From Alphaproteobacteria bacterium (GTDB taxonomy: Bacteria; Pseudomonadota; Alphaproteobacteria; UBA6615): DNA of 43,900 bases. The stretch spans positions 1 to 43,900 of the forward strand of contig JAPUHN010000228.1 in assembly GCA_027297685.1 (NCBI GenBank), in the 5' to 3' direction. This document shows, one piece after another, positions 1-11,177 of the stretch. Every line of letters starts with the position of its first letter. Position 1 is the stretch's first letter. Below the pieces are notes generated by a model, which was not told the DNA's origin, searched no databases, and saw only the letters and a program-made list of their open reading frames with translations. Both the position numbers and the translations under genes were made by a program.

Positions 1-35
1 AAGTTGCCTTCCGTCTTGCTGCCTTTGAGCGCCAT
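1..35 (-). CDS. 5' end of a rubrerythrin / erythrin-domain protein (the gene continues past the left edge)
   Basis: The reverse strand reads AAGGAG (47..42), 6 nt, then ATG (35..33) GCG CTC AAA GGC AGC AAG ACG GAA GGC AAC = MALKGSKTEGN. This fits the conserved M-x-LKG(S/T)KTE-x-N start of rubrerythrins and MbfA-type erythrin domains. Only 11 codons are visible. Confidence 0.45.
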   Translation of the reverse strand, partial: MALKGSKTEGN

Positions 36-76
36 TGCACTCTCCTTTCCCTGGTCTGGTACCTCTGAACTGATGC

Positions 77-102
77 CTGCGGTGGCAAAGATCGCACCGC
101 AG
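77..102 (-). other. 8-bp stem hairpin in the spacer between irr and the rubrerythrin-type gene (5'UTR structure or weak irr terminator)
   Basis: CTGCGGTG (77..84) and CACCGCAG (95..102) are perfect reverse complements around a 10-nt loop. No U-tract follows on the minus strand, so it is not a classical intrinsic terminator. Confidence 0.35.
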
Positions 103-153
103 TTTCCCTTGTTACGGATCCAATATGGCGCAGCCGAAAGCCCCTGTCAACAG

Positions 154-170
154 TTTAGATACATTCTAAA
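154..170. promoter_or_regulatory. Iron control element (ICE)-like Irr operator
   Basis: TTTAGATACATTCTAAA compared with the ICE consensus TTTAGAA-N3-TTCTAAA: the right half is perfect and the left half has one mismatch. It lies about 120 nt upstream of the rubrerythrin-type ATG and 46 nt downstream of the irr stop. Confidence 0.45.
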
Positions 171-215
171 CCGCTTTCTAGGGGATTTATTTTACGATTT
201 TAATTTTAGTAGAAG

Positions 216-665
216 TTAGTTGGATACTGGCTCGTGACGCCGCAGACGTACCACCACGTCAATGCGTTGCACCTGCGTGCCGGCCGGCGGCTCAGGCAAT
301 GTAGCGAGCGTGATCGCATCGCCGGGAATGTCTTCCAACGCACCATCGTCCTCATAGAAGAAGTGATGGTGGTCGGTAATGTTGGTATCGAAATACGAGC
401 GTCCCGACGCAACGACAACTTCGCGCAATAGTCCGACAGCGGTAAACTGATTGAGAGTATTGTAGACGGTCGCCAAAGACACCCGAATGCCTTGACGCAT
501 CGCTTCGTCGTGTAAGTGCTCGGCAGTGACATGCCGGTCACCGCCGTCGAACAATAATTTGCCGAGCGCCAGCCGTTGCCGTGTGGGCCGCAGTTCGGCT
601 TTTTTAAGTCGCCGTAACGCGTCGGCGAAGGGCCGCTCGGGCCGTCCTGGAGCAATCTCAATCAT
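216..665 (-). CDS. irr: Fur-family iron response regulator Irr
   Basis: 149 aa with a Fur-family winged helix (LRPTRQRLALGKLLF...VSLATVYNTLNQF). It has the Irr-typical DHHHFF triple-His motif, no CxxC pairs and no Cys at all. It sits next to fabA, as in many Rhizobiales. Confidence 0.85.
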   Translation of the reverse strand: MIEIAPGRPERPFADALRRLKKAELRPTRQRLALGKLLFDGGDRHVTAEHLHDEAMRQGIRVSLATVYNTLNQFTAVGLLREVVVASGRSYFDTNITDHHHFFYEDDGALEDIPGDAITLATLPEPPAGTQVQRIDVVVRLRRHEPVSN

Positions 666-913
666 CGATAAACATATGTATCATCGCCAAACGATGTAAA
701 GAGGAATTTTTCGAAACAGTTGGTTAACTCCATAATAATCAGTGTGTTTTTCCCGATCAGTATCTCGTTCGCGGGGTCTGGCGGCGGACTGATCTCAAAC
801 CATGTTCGGCGCTGCGGTCGAAGGAGTGAAAGTCTGGTTTTGACAACCGGCTTTCTGCGTTACAGTGCGCCGCAACACCGACGCATGGCACCCTGTGATA
901 CCCAAATGTCGAG

Positions 914-1452
914 TTGACGAGTATGGATGAGCTTCTTTCAAAATCCAGTTTCACCTATGAGGACCTGTTGCAGTGCGCCCATGGTGAACTGTTCGGACCG
1001 GGCAACGCCCGATTGCCGCTGCCGCCGATGCTGATGCTCGACCGCATCGTTGTGATAAGCGACGATGGCGGCGAACACGGCAACGGCGAAATCATCGCCG
1101 AATTGGACGTCACCGACGACTTGTGGTTTTACCAGTGCCATTTCGAGGGCGACCCGGTGATGCCCGGCTGCCTTGGGCTCGATGCCTTTTGGCAAATGCT
1201 CGGCTTTTTCCTCGGTTGGCTGAAACGCCCGGGGCCGGGCCGCGCGCTGTCGGTCGGCGAGGTGAAGTTTTCCGGCGAAGTAAAACCGGGCGGTAAGCTG
1301 CTGCGCTACCACATCAATGTGCGCAAAGTGATCAAACGCGCATTCACGCTAGCAGTCGCCGACGGCTATGCCGAGCTGGACGGCGAACGCGTCTACGAAG
1401 CAACCAATTTGCGGGTGGGTTTGTTCCCCGAAGGCGAAAAGGCCGGTGCGTA

Positions 1453-1453
<1 letters not shown>
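914..1453 (+). CDS. fabA: 3-hydroxydecanoyl-ACP dehydratase/isomerase FabA
   Basis: Collinear with E. coli FabA ([62 protein letters not shown]). The TTG at 914 is the longest start; the ATG at 923 is an equally plausible start. Confidence 0.93.
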
Positions 1454-2682
<1,229 letters not shown>

Positions 2683-2767
2683 CGCGCTCGCCCCGACACC
2701 ACCGGTGGTGCCGGCGTCCAAACCCGAGACCGTGAGTGCCACCCGACTGCCGGCCTCCGGTACCCTG

Positions 2768-3571
2768 ATGGCCGGCAAGCGCGGCCTGATCATGGGGGTC
2801 GCCAACGATCATTCGATCGCCTGGGGTATCGCGCGGGCCGCCGCCGCCCAGGGCGCCGAGCTGGCCTTCACCTATCAATCGGACTCGTTTGCCAAGCGAG
2901 TCGCACCGCTTGCCGAATCGGTCGGTGCGGCAGTCCTCGTCGAGTGCGACGTCGCCGACACCGACAGCCTCGACCGCACCTTTGCCGCGGTCGCCGACGC
3001 TTGGGGCGAGCTCGATTTCGTCGTCCACGCCATCGCCTATTCCGATAGGGAGGAGTTGAAGGGTCGTTACGTCGACACCAGCCAGGACAACTTCCTCAAT
3101 ACCATGAACATCTCCTGCTATTCGTTTACCGCGGTCGCCCAGCGCGCGGCGCAACTAATGAAAGACGGCGGCGCCATAGTCACCCTGACCTATCACGGCG
3201 CCCAGCAGGTGATGCCCAACTACAACGTCATGGGGGTCGCCAAGGCCGCGTTGGAAGCCTCTGTGCGCTACCTCGCCGCCGACCTGGGCCCCGACGGCAT
3301 TCGCGTCAACGCCATTTCCGCCGGACCGATGCGCACATTGGCGGGTTCGGCCGTCGGCTCGGCGCGCCAAGTCTACAACTACAACCGCGACGTCGCGCCG
3401 CTGCGCCGCAACGTGGTGCTCGACGATGTCGGCGGCGCCGGTTTGTACCTGTTGTCCGACCTCTCGGGCGCCGTCACCGGCGAGGTGCACTACGTCGATT
3501 GCGGCTTCAACGCCATCGGCATGCCGACCCCGCCGGAAAACGGCGACACTAGCGGCGGCGCGGGTAAGTAG
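2768..3571 (+). CDS. fabI: enoyl-ACP reductase (NADH) FabI
   Basis: MAGKRGLIMGVANDHSIAWGIA is the canonical FabI N-terminus, and SDR catalytic-region motifs are present (YNVMGVAKAALE). The ORF stays open upstream. An alternative ATG at 2675 overlaps the fabB stop (ATGGCTGA) and would add 31 Pro/Ala-rich residues. Confidence 0.88.
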   Translation: MAGKRGLIMGVANDHSIAWGIARAAAAQGAELAFTYQSDSFAKRVAPLAESVGAAVLVECDVADTDSLDRTFAAVADAWGELDFVVHAIAYSDREELKGRYVDTSQDNFLNTMNISCYSFTAVAQRAAQLMKDGGAIVTLTYHGAQQVMPNYNVMGVAKAALEASVRYLAADLGPDGIRVNAISAGPMRTLAGSAVGSARQVYNYNRDVAPLRRNVVLDDVGGAGLYLLSDLSGAVTGEVHYVDCGFNAIGMPTPPENGDTSGGAGK

Positions 3572-3594
3572 CGCACCCCTAGCACCGGCAAACA

Positions 3595-3626
3595 AAGACG
3601 GCCCCGAATTTCTGCGGGGCCGTCTT
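3595..3626. terminator. Bidirectional intrinsic terminator between convergent fabI and pnp
   Basis: Perfect 12-bp stem AAGACGGCCCCG / CGGGGCCGTCTT with an 8-nt loop. It is flanked by CAAACAAA on the left and CGTTTC on the right. Confidence 0.7.
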
Positions 3627-3649
3627 CGTTTCAGTACTGCGGCGTGCGC

Positions 3650-5830
3650 CTACTCGGCAGCGTCACGCGGCCGGCGGGAACGGCGCGGGCGGCGTTCGCC
3701 ATCGCCTTCGCGGGGCTCGCGCGGCGGTCTGGTGTCCTCCAGCTCCTCGCCGGATTCCTGGTCGACGACGCGCATCGACAATTTCACCTTGCCGCGGTCG
3801 TCGAGGCCAATCACCTTGACCTTGACCTCGTCGCCCTCGTTGACCACGTCGGTCACCTGGCCAACCCGCTCGTTCTTGAGCTCGGAAATATGCACCAAGC
3901 CATCCTTGGCGCCGAGGAAATTTACGAAGGCGCCGAAGTCCATCACCTTGACCACCTTACCCGAGTAGATAACACCGACCTCCGGTACGGCGACAATGCC
4001 CTTGATCCACTCCATCGCGCGGATCGCGGCATCGCCGTCGGTCGATGCGATCTTGATCAACCCTTCGTCGTCGATATCGATCTTGCAGCCGGTTTCCTCG
4101 CAAATTTCGCGAATAACCTTGCCGCCGGTGCCGATCACTTCGCGGATCTTGTCGGTCGGCACGTTCATCGTGGTGATACGCGGGGCATGCTGCGACAGCT
4201 CCGCGCGCGACTGGGTCAAGGCTTTCGCCATTTCGCCCAGGATGTGCAGCCGGCCGTCGCGTGCCTGGCCGAGGGCGATCTGCATGATCTCCTCGGTGAT
4301 CGACGTGATCTTGATGTCCATTTGCAACGACGTGATGCCGGCCTCGGTGCCCGCCACCTTGAAGTCCATGTCGCCCAGATGGTCCTCGTCGCCGAGGATG
4401 TCGGAGAGAACGGCGTAGCCGTCATCTTCCTTGATCAGGCCCATGGCGATGCCGGCAACCGGCGCCTTCAGTGGCACCCCGGCATCCATCATCGACAGCG
4501 AGCTGCCGCAAACGGTGGCCATCGAAGAGGAACCGTTCGATTCGGTGACTTCGGAGACCACCCGGATGGTGTAGGGAAAATCCTCCTTAGACGGCAGCAA
4601 GGGGCGAAGGGCCCGCCAGGCCAATTTGCCGTGGCCTATCTCACGCCGGCCAGGACCGAACATGCGGCCGGCCTCACCCACCGAATAGGGCGGGAAATTA
4701 TAGTGCAGCATGAAGTGTTCGCGGTACTCGCCGGCCAACGCGTCGACAATCTGCTCATCCTGGCCGGTGCCCAACGTGGTCACCACTAGGGCCTGGGTTT
4801 CGCCGCGGGTAAAAACGGCCGAGCCGTGGCTCCGCGGCAACATCGATACCAGACAATCGATCGGGCGGACGGTCTTGGTGTCGCGGCCGTCGATGCGCTG
4901 GCCGGTATCGAGGATGTCGCGGCGCACGATGTCTTTTTCCAAACTCTTGAGGGGGCCGCCCACGAGCGCCTGCTCGTCCTCCGAGAGTTGCTCGATCACC
5001 GCTTGCTTAGCCGCCGATATTTTCTCTTGGCGGGTCTGTTTTACGGTCTCCTTATAGGCCACGCGCAAACCGGCCTCGCCCAGTTCACGCACTTTTTCGG
5101 CCAGATCGAGCACCTCTTGCGGCGTATCTTCGATCGGCCGCGGCTCTTTCGCTGCTTGCTCGGCCATTTCGATAATGGCGTCGATCACCGGCTGGTAGCC
5201 CTTGTGCCCGAACATTACCGCGCCGAGCATGATCTCCTCGGACAGCTCATGGGCCTCCGATTCGACCATCAGAACTCCCTCGCGGGTTCCGGCGACGATC
5301 AGGTCGAGCTGCGACTGGGCCAATTCGTCGGCCAACGGATTGAGCACATATTGTCCGTCGATATAGCCAACTCGCGCACCGGCGATCGGCCCCATGAACG
5401 GCAGGCCCGAAATCGTCAATGCCGCCGACGCGCCAACCAGGGCAACAATGTCAGGATCGTTTTCCAGATCGTGGGAGACCACGGTGGTGATGACCTGCGT
5501 CTCACAGCGAAAACTCGGGTGGAACAATGGCCGGATTGGCCGGTCAATCAACCGCGAGGTCAGCGTTTCCTTTTCGGTCGGCCTGCCTTCACGCTTGAAA
5601 AAACCGCCGGGAATCTTGCCGGCGGCGAACGTCTTTTCTTGGTAATTTACGGTGAGCGGGAAGAAGTCCAACCCAACTCTAGGCGTTTTCGCACCAACGG
5701 CGGTGCATAACGCGGCGGTTTCGCCATAGGTCACCAATACGGCACCATCGGCTTGCCGGGCAAGCCGGCCTGTTTCCAAAACGAGCGGCCTTCCGCCCCA
5801 TTCTATTTCCTTACGGACTACTTCGAACAT
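3650..5830 (-). CDS. pnp: polynucleotide phosphorylase
   Basis: [31 protein letters not shown] is the typical PNPase start. Two RNase PH domains, a KH domain and an S1 domain follow, then an Arg/Glu-rich C-terminal tail. The ATG at 5830 has GGGAAAG upstream; the track start at 5845 is a TTG five codons earlier. Confidence 0.95.
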   Translation of the reverse strand: MFEVVRKEIEWGGRPLVLETGRLARQADGAVLVTYGETAALCTAVGAKTPRVGLDFFPLTVNYQEKTFAAGKIPGGFFKREGRPTEKETLTSRLIDRPIRPLFHPSFRCETQVITTVVSHDLENDPDIVALVGASAALTISGLPFMGPIAGARVGYIDGQYVLNPLADELAQSQLDLIVAGTREGVLMVESEAHELSEEIMLGAVMFGHKGYQPVIDAIIEMAEQAAKEPRPIEDTPQEVLDLAEKVRELGEAGLRVAYKETVKQTRQEKISAAKQAVIEQLSEDEQALVGGPLKSLEKDIVRRDILDTGQRIDGRDTKTVRPIDCLVSMLPRSHGSAVFTRGETQALVVTTLGTGQDEQIVDALAGEYREHFMLHYNFPPYSVGEAGRMFGPGRREIGHGKLAWRALRPLLPSKEDFPYTIRVVSEVTESNGSSSMATVCGSSLSMMDAGVPLKAPVAGIAMGLIKEDDGYAVLSDILGDEDHLGDMDFKVAGTEAGITSLQMDIKITSITEEIMQIALGQARDGRLHILGEMAKALTQSRAELSQHAPRITTMNVPTDKIREVIGTGGKVIREICEETGCKIDIDDEGLIKIASTDGDAAIRAMEWIKGIVAVPEVGVIYSGKVVKVMDFGAFVNFLGAKDGLVHISELKNERVGQVTDVVNEGDEVKVKVIGLDDRGKVKLSMRVVDQESGEELEDTRPPREPREGDGERRPRRSRRPRDAAE

Positions 5831-6030
5831 AGATATCTTTCCCAACGTACGTCAGTCGCCCGGGCCATTCCCAAACGACCGCCCCGCGCCCAAGCGGAGT
5901 ATCAAACACCACCGGTTAAATTTTCCAGATGTGGCGTGTGCGCGGTGGATCCGCGCGGGTACGACCGGCAACGCCGAATTGCGCAACCGGATCGGTATAT
6001 CGTGACTATTGTCACTGTGAACAAGCCCCG

Positions 6031-6300
6031 CTAGCGGCGGAGGCCGAGGCGCTCGATCAAGGTTTTATAGCGGTCTTCACTTTTGCGCCGCGTGTAATCG
6101 AGCAACCGCCGCCGCTGGCCAACCATAAGGAGCAAGCCGCGGCGTGAATGATGATCTTTAGCGTGAATCTTAAGATGTTCGGTTAAGTTTACAATGCGCT
6201 CGGTCAAGACAGCGACTTGAACTTCCGGTGAACCGGTGTCGCTTTCATTGGTTTGGAACTCCTTAATAAGTTCCGCCTTGCGCTCAGACGTAATCGACAT
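6031..6300 (-). CDS. rpsO: 30S ribosomal protein S15
   Basis: 89 aa, [15 protein letters not shown]...[29 protein letters not shown] upstream. Confidence 0.97.
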   Translation of the reverse strand: MSITSERKAELIKEFQTNESDTGSPEVQVAVLTERIVNLTEHLKIHAKDHHSRRGLLLMVGQRRRLLDYTRRKSEDRYKTLIERLGLRR

Positions 6301-6320
6301 GAGCTTCTTCTCCCGGCATC

Positions 6321-7265
6321 TTAAAGATTTAATACGCGAACCGGGCGGATTTGAATCCCGTCGACTCGAGCAAGCGCTACCGGCGTTGCCGCTTCGACTG
6401 CTAGGACGATTCCTTCATCGCCCACCGCCTCGATTTGCTCCCGGTCGTGCGGACGCATGATCGGAACTGCCTGCCCGTTGCGCAATTGCGCCGCTTCTTT
6501 CACCGATATGGCCAACGCCGGGATGCCGTCCAGCGCGGTCTCGATCGGTAGCAGGGTTGGGAAGACGGCGGCACTATGGCCAAGTTCTTCAAGTTTTTCC
6601 AGTGAAATTGCAGTCGCCTCGGTAAACGGCCCTACTGCGCTGCGGCGCAGACCCGACAAATGGCCGCAAGTTCCCAGCGCACTGGCCAGATCGCGGGCTA
6701 GTGCGCGCATATAAGCCCCTTTGCCGCTTTTCACGGCAAAGCGAGCGCAATCGCGATCGACCATATCCAACAGCTCAAACGACAGGATCGATATCTGGCG
6801 CGCCGCTAACACAACCTCCTCTCCCGCACGCGCCAATGTATAGGCGCGTACGCCATCGACCTTGATGGCCGAGAAGGCTGGTGGAACCTGGATGATTTCG
6901 CCAGTAAAGTTGGGTAAAGCCGCCCTGATATCAGCTTCGCTCGGCCGCCGGTCAGCGGTCTCGACAACCCGGCCCTGGTCGTCGTCGGTATCGCGGCGCT
7001 CGCCCCAATTAACAGTGAAAACATATTGTTTATGGGTATCCACGACGAAAGGCATGGTTTTGGTCGCCTCGCCCAGCGCGATCGGCAAAACGCCACTGGC
7101 CGCCGGATCGAGGGTTCCCGCATGCCCCAGTTTGGCGGCATCGATTGCGCGGCGCACCCTGTTCACGCATGCGGCTGAAGTCATGCCGACCGGCTTGTCG
7201 ACATTTATCCAGCCATTTATGGGCCGTCCGCCGCGCCGCCTACGCCCCACTGCCATCTCCGTCAT
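6321..7265 (-). CDS. truB: tRNA pseudouridine-55 synthase TruB
   Basis: [27 protein letters not shown] and [23 protein letters not shown] motifs. The start is set at the ATG at 7265, with 7256 also possible. The longer track ORF would run deep into rbfA. Confidence 0.88.
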   Translation of the reverse strand: MTEMAVGRRRRGGRPINGWINVDKPVGMTSAACVNRVRRAIDAAKLGHAGTLDPAASGVLPIALGEATKTMPFVVDTHKQYVFTVNWGERRDTDDDQGRVVETADRRPSEADIRAALPNFTGEIIQVPPAFSAIKVDGVRAYTLARAGEEVVLAARQISILSFELLDMVDRDCARFAVKSGKGAYMRALARDLASALGTCGHLSGLRRSAVGPFTEATAISLEKLEELGHSAAVFPTLLPIETALDGIPALAISVKEAAQLRNGQAVPIMRPHDREQIEAVGDEGIVLAVEAATPVALARVDGIQIRPVRVLNL

Positions 7266-7659
7266 CGGCAAGGTCGCGCTCGACATCGGCTTGATGCAAA
7301 ATCGAGCCGATGCGTTCGGCTTGGTCGAAACTGCCGTCGTGCTCAAATGTCAGGATCGGTGTGTGGCGCAATTTTACGGCCTTCGCCAATTGGCCGCGTA
7401 GATAGCTGGACGCGCGCTGTAGTGCCGGCACTATTGCCTCGGCCTCGCCAACCAGGGGTGTGACAAAAACGGTGGCGTTGCTCAGATCCGGGCTCACCCT
7501 TACTTCGGTCACGGTAATCGATTGGCCGGCGAGATCAGGATCTCGAAAATCAGTCCGTGAAACCATTTGGGCCAACGCATGGCGTATTTCTTCGCCGACG
7601 CGAAGCTGACGCTGGCTCGGCACCCTGCCACTGCGCGCACTATTCGCGCGTTTTCTCAT
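7240..7659 (-). CDS. rbfA: ribosome-binding factor A
   Basis: 139 aa, SQRQLRVGEEIRHALAQMV...VTEVRVSPDLSNATVF. It occupies the conserved infB-rbfA-truB position. Confidence 0.9.
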   Translation of the reverse strand: MRKRANSARSGRVPSQRQLRVGEEIRHALAQMVSRTDFRDPDLAGQSITVTEVRVSPDLSNATVFVTPLVGEAEAIVPALQRASSYLRGQLAKAVKLRHTPILTFEHDGSFDQAERIGSILHQADVERDLADDGDGSGA

Positions 7660-7798
7660 CGATTTTCTGCCCTAACTCGCTTACCAGCCCGCCAGGTTCT
7701 TCAATTCAACCCCGGCGACGCGCAATCGCAATCAATATCGCAATCGGGGCGCGTCCGTTCAAAAGTGCTGTTTCAACCTCGTTTACATCGACAATTCG

Positions 7799-10417
7799 TC
7801 AAGCCGTGTCGAGCTGACGGGCGATTTCCTCAATCTCGTAACACTCGATGATGTCGCCGGTTTGAATGTCGTTGTAGTTTTCTAGCGCCATGCCGCACTC
7901 GTAGCCGTTTTGTACCTCGCGGACATCGTCTTTGAAGCGTTTCAACTGCGCCAAATCGCCCTCGTACACAACAACGCTGTCACGGAGCAGGCGCACTTTC
8001 GCGCCACGCCGAACGACTCCCGAGGTGATCATGCAGCCAGCCACTTTGCCAACTTTTGAGACGCTGAACACTTCGCGAATCTCGGCATTGCCCAAATGAT
8101 TTTCCTGCAATGTCGGCGCCAATTCACCTTCGAGCAGCGCTTTGACATCGTCGACAACGTTGTAAATGATGTTGTAGTAGCGGATATCGACGCCATCGCG
8201 TTTGGCTTGGTCCCGCGCCTGGGGAATCGCGCGAACATTGAAGCCGATGATTAGTCCGCCGGACGCGGCGGCCAACGAGACATCGGACTCGTTAACGCCG
8301 CCCACTCCTGAGTGCAGTACTTGAACCTTGACCTCGTCGTTCGACATTTTTTCCAGCGCGCCGACGATTGCCTCGACCGAACCCTGTACGTCGGCCTTGA
8401 TGACAATCGGCACCAACGACGCTTCACCATCCGAAATCTTCTGGAACATTTCGTCCAATGTACTGCGCGCTCCCGCTGCGGCGCGCTGATCTTTCAACAC
8501 ATCCATCCGGTACTCAGCGATTTCGCGCGCCCGCGCTTCGTTTTCAACGACGGCGAAATCGTCGCCGGCCTGCGGGGTCGCATTAAAGCCCATGACCTCA
8601 ACCGGCATTGACGGGCCAGCGGTCTCGATATTTTTGCCGTTGTCGTCGACGATCGCCCGGACACGGCCCCATTCGGCGCCGGCCACGAAGATATCGCCGA
8701 TTTTGAGCGTGCCGCCCTGCACCAAAACTGTCGCCACCGGACCGCGGCCCTTCTCGAGTTTGGCCTCAACGATTGAGCCAAATGCCATGCGCTCGGTATT
8801 GGCCTTGAGTTCGAGAATTTCGGCCTGCAGCACAATCGCTTCGGTCAGGTTGTCGAGACCCGTCTTTTCGGTAGCGGACACTTCGATGCACTGCACCTCG
8901 CCGCCCATCTCCTCCGGCACAATCTCGTGGTTCAGCAATTCGTTCTTGATCCGCGTCGGATCGGCATCAGGCCGGTCAACTTTATTGATGGCCACAATCA
9001 TCGGCACTTCGGCGGCGCGGGCGTGGTTAATCGCTTCGACTGTCTGTGGCTGAACGCCGTCGTCGGCTGCAACGACGAGGACAACAATATCTGTGACGTG
9101 AGCGCCCCGCTGGCGCATCGACGTAAAGGCGGCGTGGCCTGGGGTGTCCAGGAAAGTTATCTTACCGCCCGACGAAATTTCTACCTGGTAGGCGCCGATA
9201 TGCTGGGTGATTCCACCCGCTTCGCCGCTTACCACATCGGTTTCGCGCAGCGCGTCCAGCAGCGAGGTTTTACCATGGTCGACATGGCCCATAATGGTGA
9301 CCACTGGAGAGCGCGGCAATCCCACGCCCTCATCGTCTTGAACAGCCGCGCCCAAGCCGATCTCGACATCGGCAGCCGATACGAGTTTTACAGCATGACC
9401 AAATTCCTCAACCACCAACTGTGCTGTTTCCTGATCAATCGGCTGGTTGATCGTCGCCATAATATCCATCTTCATCAGCGACTTAATCACCTCGTTGCCC
9501 CGAACTGCCATACGGCTCGCCAGTTCGCCGACCGTGATGGTGTCGGGGATCTGGACCTCGCGCACTATCTTTTGTTGCGGTTGCACCCCGCCAGCTTCGC
9601 GTTGCACGCGCTGACGCTCGCGCTCCTGCCGGCGGCGAAACGCCGCCACTGACCGCTGGCGCGCACCGCCGTCTTCGTCGAGGGCTTCGGAAATCGTGAG
9701 CTTGCCGCTGCGTCGGCGCCGTTCGGCGCTTGGCTTCGCCCCCGTGGGGCGTGCGTCGGAGCGTCCCGCGGCGCCACCGCGACCCCGGCCGCGGCTTGGC
9801 GCCTCTTCAGTTGTTTCTGTTTCGACTTCGGCGCGACGGCGTGCCGATACGGTGGCGCGCTGCACCGCCTCTTCGGCTGAGCGCGCGGCCTCTTCCTCGA
9901 CCGCCCGGCGCGCTTCCTCTTCTTCGCGCCGCAGTTCCTCGATCGATTTGGCGGCTGGCTGTTCTTCCACCGCCTCCGACTCCTTCGCGGGGCCGGGCTC
10001 CGGTTGCGATGCGGCCCGCTCGGCTTCCTCGAGCGCGCGCCTCTCGGCTTCCTCGCGCGCCTCCTCCGCTGCCTTGCGGGCGTCCTCCAGCGCGCGAATC
10101 CGCGTGGCTTGCTCCGTTTCGGTGAGAGTCCGCGCCGGCGTCGTTTCGCGTAGCGGCTCCTCCGCCTGCGGTTCAGCCGGCGCCTCCGGTTCCACGGTCA
10201 GTTCCGGCTGCGATATGACTTCCGTCATTTCGCCGCCCTCGTCTTGGCGGAAAGTACGCTTCTTCTTGATCTCGACCGTAACCGTTTTCGACCGGCCGTG
10301 GCTGAAACTCTGCTTAACTTGGCCGCTCTCGACGGTCTTCTTAATCTCCAGCCGGCCGGGGCGCGACAGAGTCAGCGGCTTTTTCTTGTCGGGTTCTTTT
10401 TCAGTCGTCGTCGCCAT
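7799..10417 (-). CDS. infB: translation initiation factor IF-2
   Basis: The ATG at 10417 lies 4 nt after the upstream stop. The N-terminus ([13 protein letters not shown]...[16 protein letters not shown]) is typical of alphaproteobacterial IF-2. A long Glu/Ala/Arg low-complexity linker precedes the GTPase domain ([21 protein letters not shown]). Confidence 0.95.
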   Translation of the reverse strand: MATTTEKEPDKKKPLTLSRPGRLEIKKTVESGQVKQSFSHGRSKTVTVEIKKKRTFRQDEGGEMTEVISQPELTVEPEAPAEPQAEEPLRETTPARTLTETEQATRIRALEDARKAAEEAREEAERRALEEAERAASQPEPGPAKESEAVEEQPAAKSIEELRREEEEARRAVEEEAARSAEEAVQRATVSARRRAEVETETTEEAPSRGRGRGGAAGRSDARPTGAKPSAERRRRSGKLTISEALDEDGGARQRSVAAFRRRQERERQRVQREAGGVQPQQKIVREVQIPDTITVGELASRMAVRGNEVIKSLMKMDIMATINQPIDQETAQLVVEEFGHAVKLVSAADVEIGLGAAVQDDEGVGLPRSPVVTIMGHVDHGKTSLLDALRETDVVSGEAGGITQHIGAYQVEISSGGKITFLDTPGHAAFTSMRQRGAHVTDIVVLVVAADDGVQPQTVEAINHARAAEVPMIVAINKVDRPDADPTRIKNELLNHEIVPEEMGGEVQCIEVSATEKTGLDNLTEAIVLQAEILELKANTERMAFGSIVEAKLEKGRGPVATVLVQGGTLKIGDIFVAGAEWGRVRAIVDDNGKNIETAGPSMPVEVMGFNATPQAGDDFAVVENEARAREIAEYRMDVLKDQRAAAGARSTLDEMFQKISDGEASLVPIVIKADVQGSVEAIVGALEKMSNDEVKVQVLHSGVGGVNESDVSLAAASGGLIIGFNVRAIPQARDQAKRDGVDIRYYNIIYNVVDDVKALLEGELAPTLQENHLGNAEIREVFSVSKVGKVAGCMITSGVVRRGAKVRLLRDSVVVYEGDLAQLKRFKDDVREVQNGYECGMALENYNDIQTGDIIECYEIEEIARQLDTA

Positions 10418-10421
10418 AGCC

Positions 10422-11162
10422 TTAATCCATATCAACCACATCTGAGGGCGCATTTTCAGCGCGCCCAACTTCCACCAACGGTGTTACACCGCGATAAATC
10501 GCCAACCGCCGCATCGCAGCGTGCAGGTGATTGCGAGCCCCCTCGGATTCCAACAGTGCGTGGACAATTTGCTCGCGTCCAATAGCACGGCCCAACGTTT
10601 TAGCATCGAACAGCGCAAATTGCGTAATCGCCGCGCCGCTCTCCGCTACTCGATCGGCCAGCGCCGCGAGTTTATTGCGTCCATCGGCGGCGGCGTCCTG
10701 GGCAGTCAACAGAATAGCTGTTTTTCCAACATGGCTGGTGGTACCCGCTAAGCCTTTAAGCGCCCCACGCACCTGTTCGAACCCAATTACTAGCAGGCCT
10801 GCCCGGCGCGCCAGACCCAACGCGTCAAGGCACCGTTGAGCCAATTGAGAATCGACCAGCGTAGCCAAATCTTCGTCGTTTGGGCCAACGAGCGGCGTGA
10901 CCGCACGACGCGCCGCGCGCCGAAAAGCACCGCTGGCGCAAGCTTGCACGACCATATCTTGGCGCCCGGTCAGCCATAAACCACGTCCGGGCAGGCGCCC
11001 CGAAAGATCCGGCACAACAATATCGTCGGGACCAACGGCGAAACGGATCAAACTCTCGCGGGGCAACGTGTCTCCGGACACGATGCAGCGGCGCAGCGGC
11101 GCGTCACTACGTTGTGGGCGGAATCGTTCGGCCCTGTCTTTGGCTACCGGCATCTCGTACAT
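10422..11162 (-). CDS. YlxR (DUF448)-like RNA-binding protein fused to an L7Ae/YlxQ-like domain
   Basis: The N-terminal half has [19 protein letters not shown]...GRGLWL (YlxR signature). The C-terminal half has [17 protein letters not shown] (L7Ae-like). It sits between nusA and infB. Confidence 0.8.
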   Translation of the reverse strand: MYEMPVAKDRAERFRPQRSDAPLRRCIVSGDTLPRESLIRFAVGPDDIVVPDLSGRLPGRGLWLTGRQDMVVQACASGAFRRAARRAVTPLVGPNDEDLATLVDSQLAQRCLDALGLARRAGLLVIGFEQVRGALKGLAGTTSHVGKTAILLTAQDAAADGRNKLAALADRVAESGAAITQFALFDAKTLGRAIGREQIVHALLESEGARNHLHAAMRRLAIYRGVTPLVEVGRAENAPSDVVDMD

Positions 11163-11177
11163 GCGCGTTACCGTCGC

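Noticed and set aside
3644-4789. A 381-aa plus-strand ORF antisense to pnp. Similar long shadow ORFs include 1393..2418(-) in fabB, 14567..15418(+) in metK, 17407..18459(+) in corC/ybeY, 32855..33805(-) in murJ, 9696..10445(+) in infB and 28404..29057(-) in nfu.
   Set aside because: Each lies entirely inside a gene with unmistakable family motifs on the other frame or strand. Their translations are Arg/Ala/Gly/Pro/His-rich low-complexity strings with no recognisable domain, which is the expected artefact of stop-poor alternative frames in GC-rich DNA.
7722-7745. Hexamer tandem GCAATC GCAATC AATATC GCAATC in the infB-rbfA spacer.
   Set aside because: It is only 24 nt and imperfect, with no second copy seen elsewhere in the window. 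It may be a chance microrepeat or part of an mRNA processing site, and there is no basis for a functional call.
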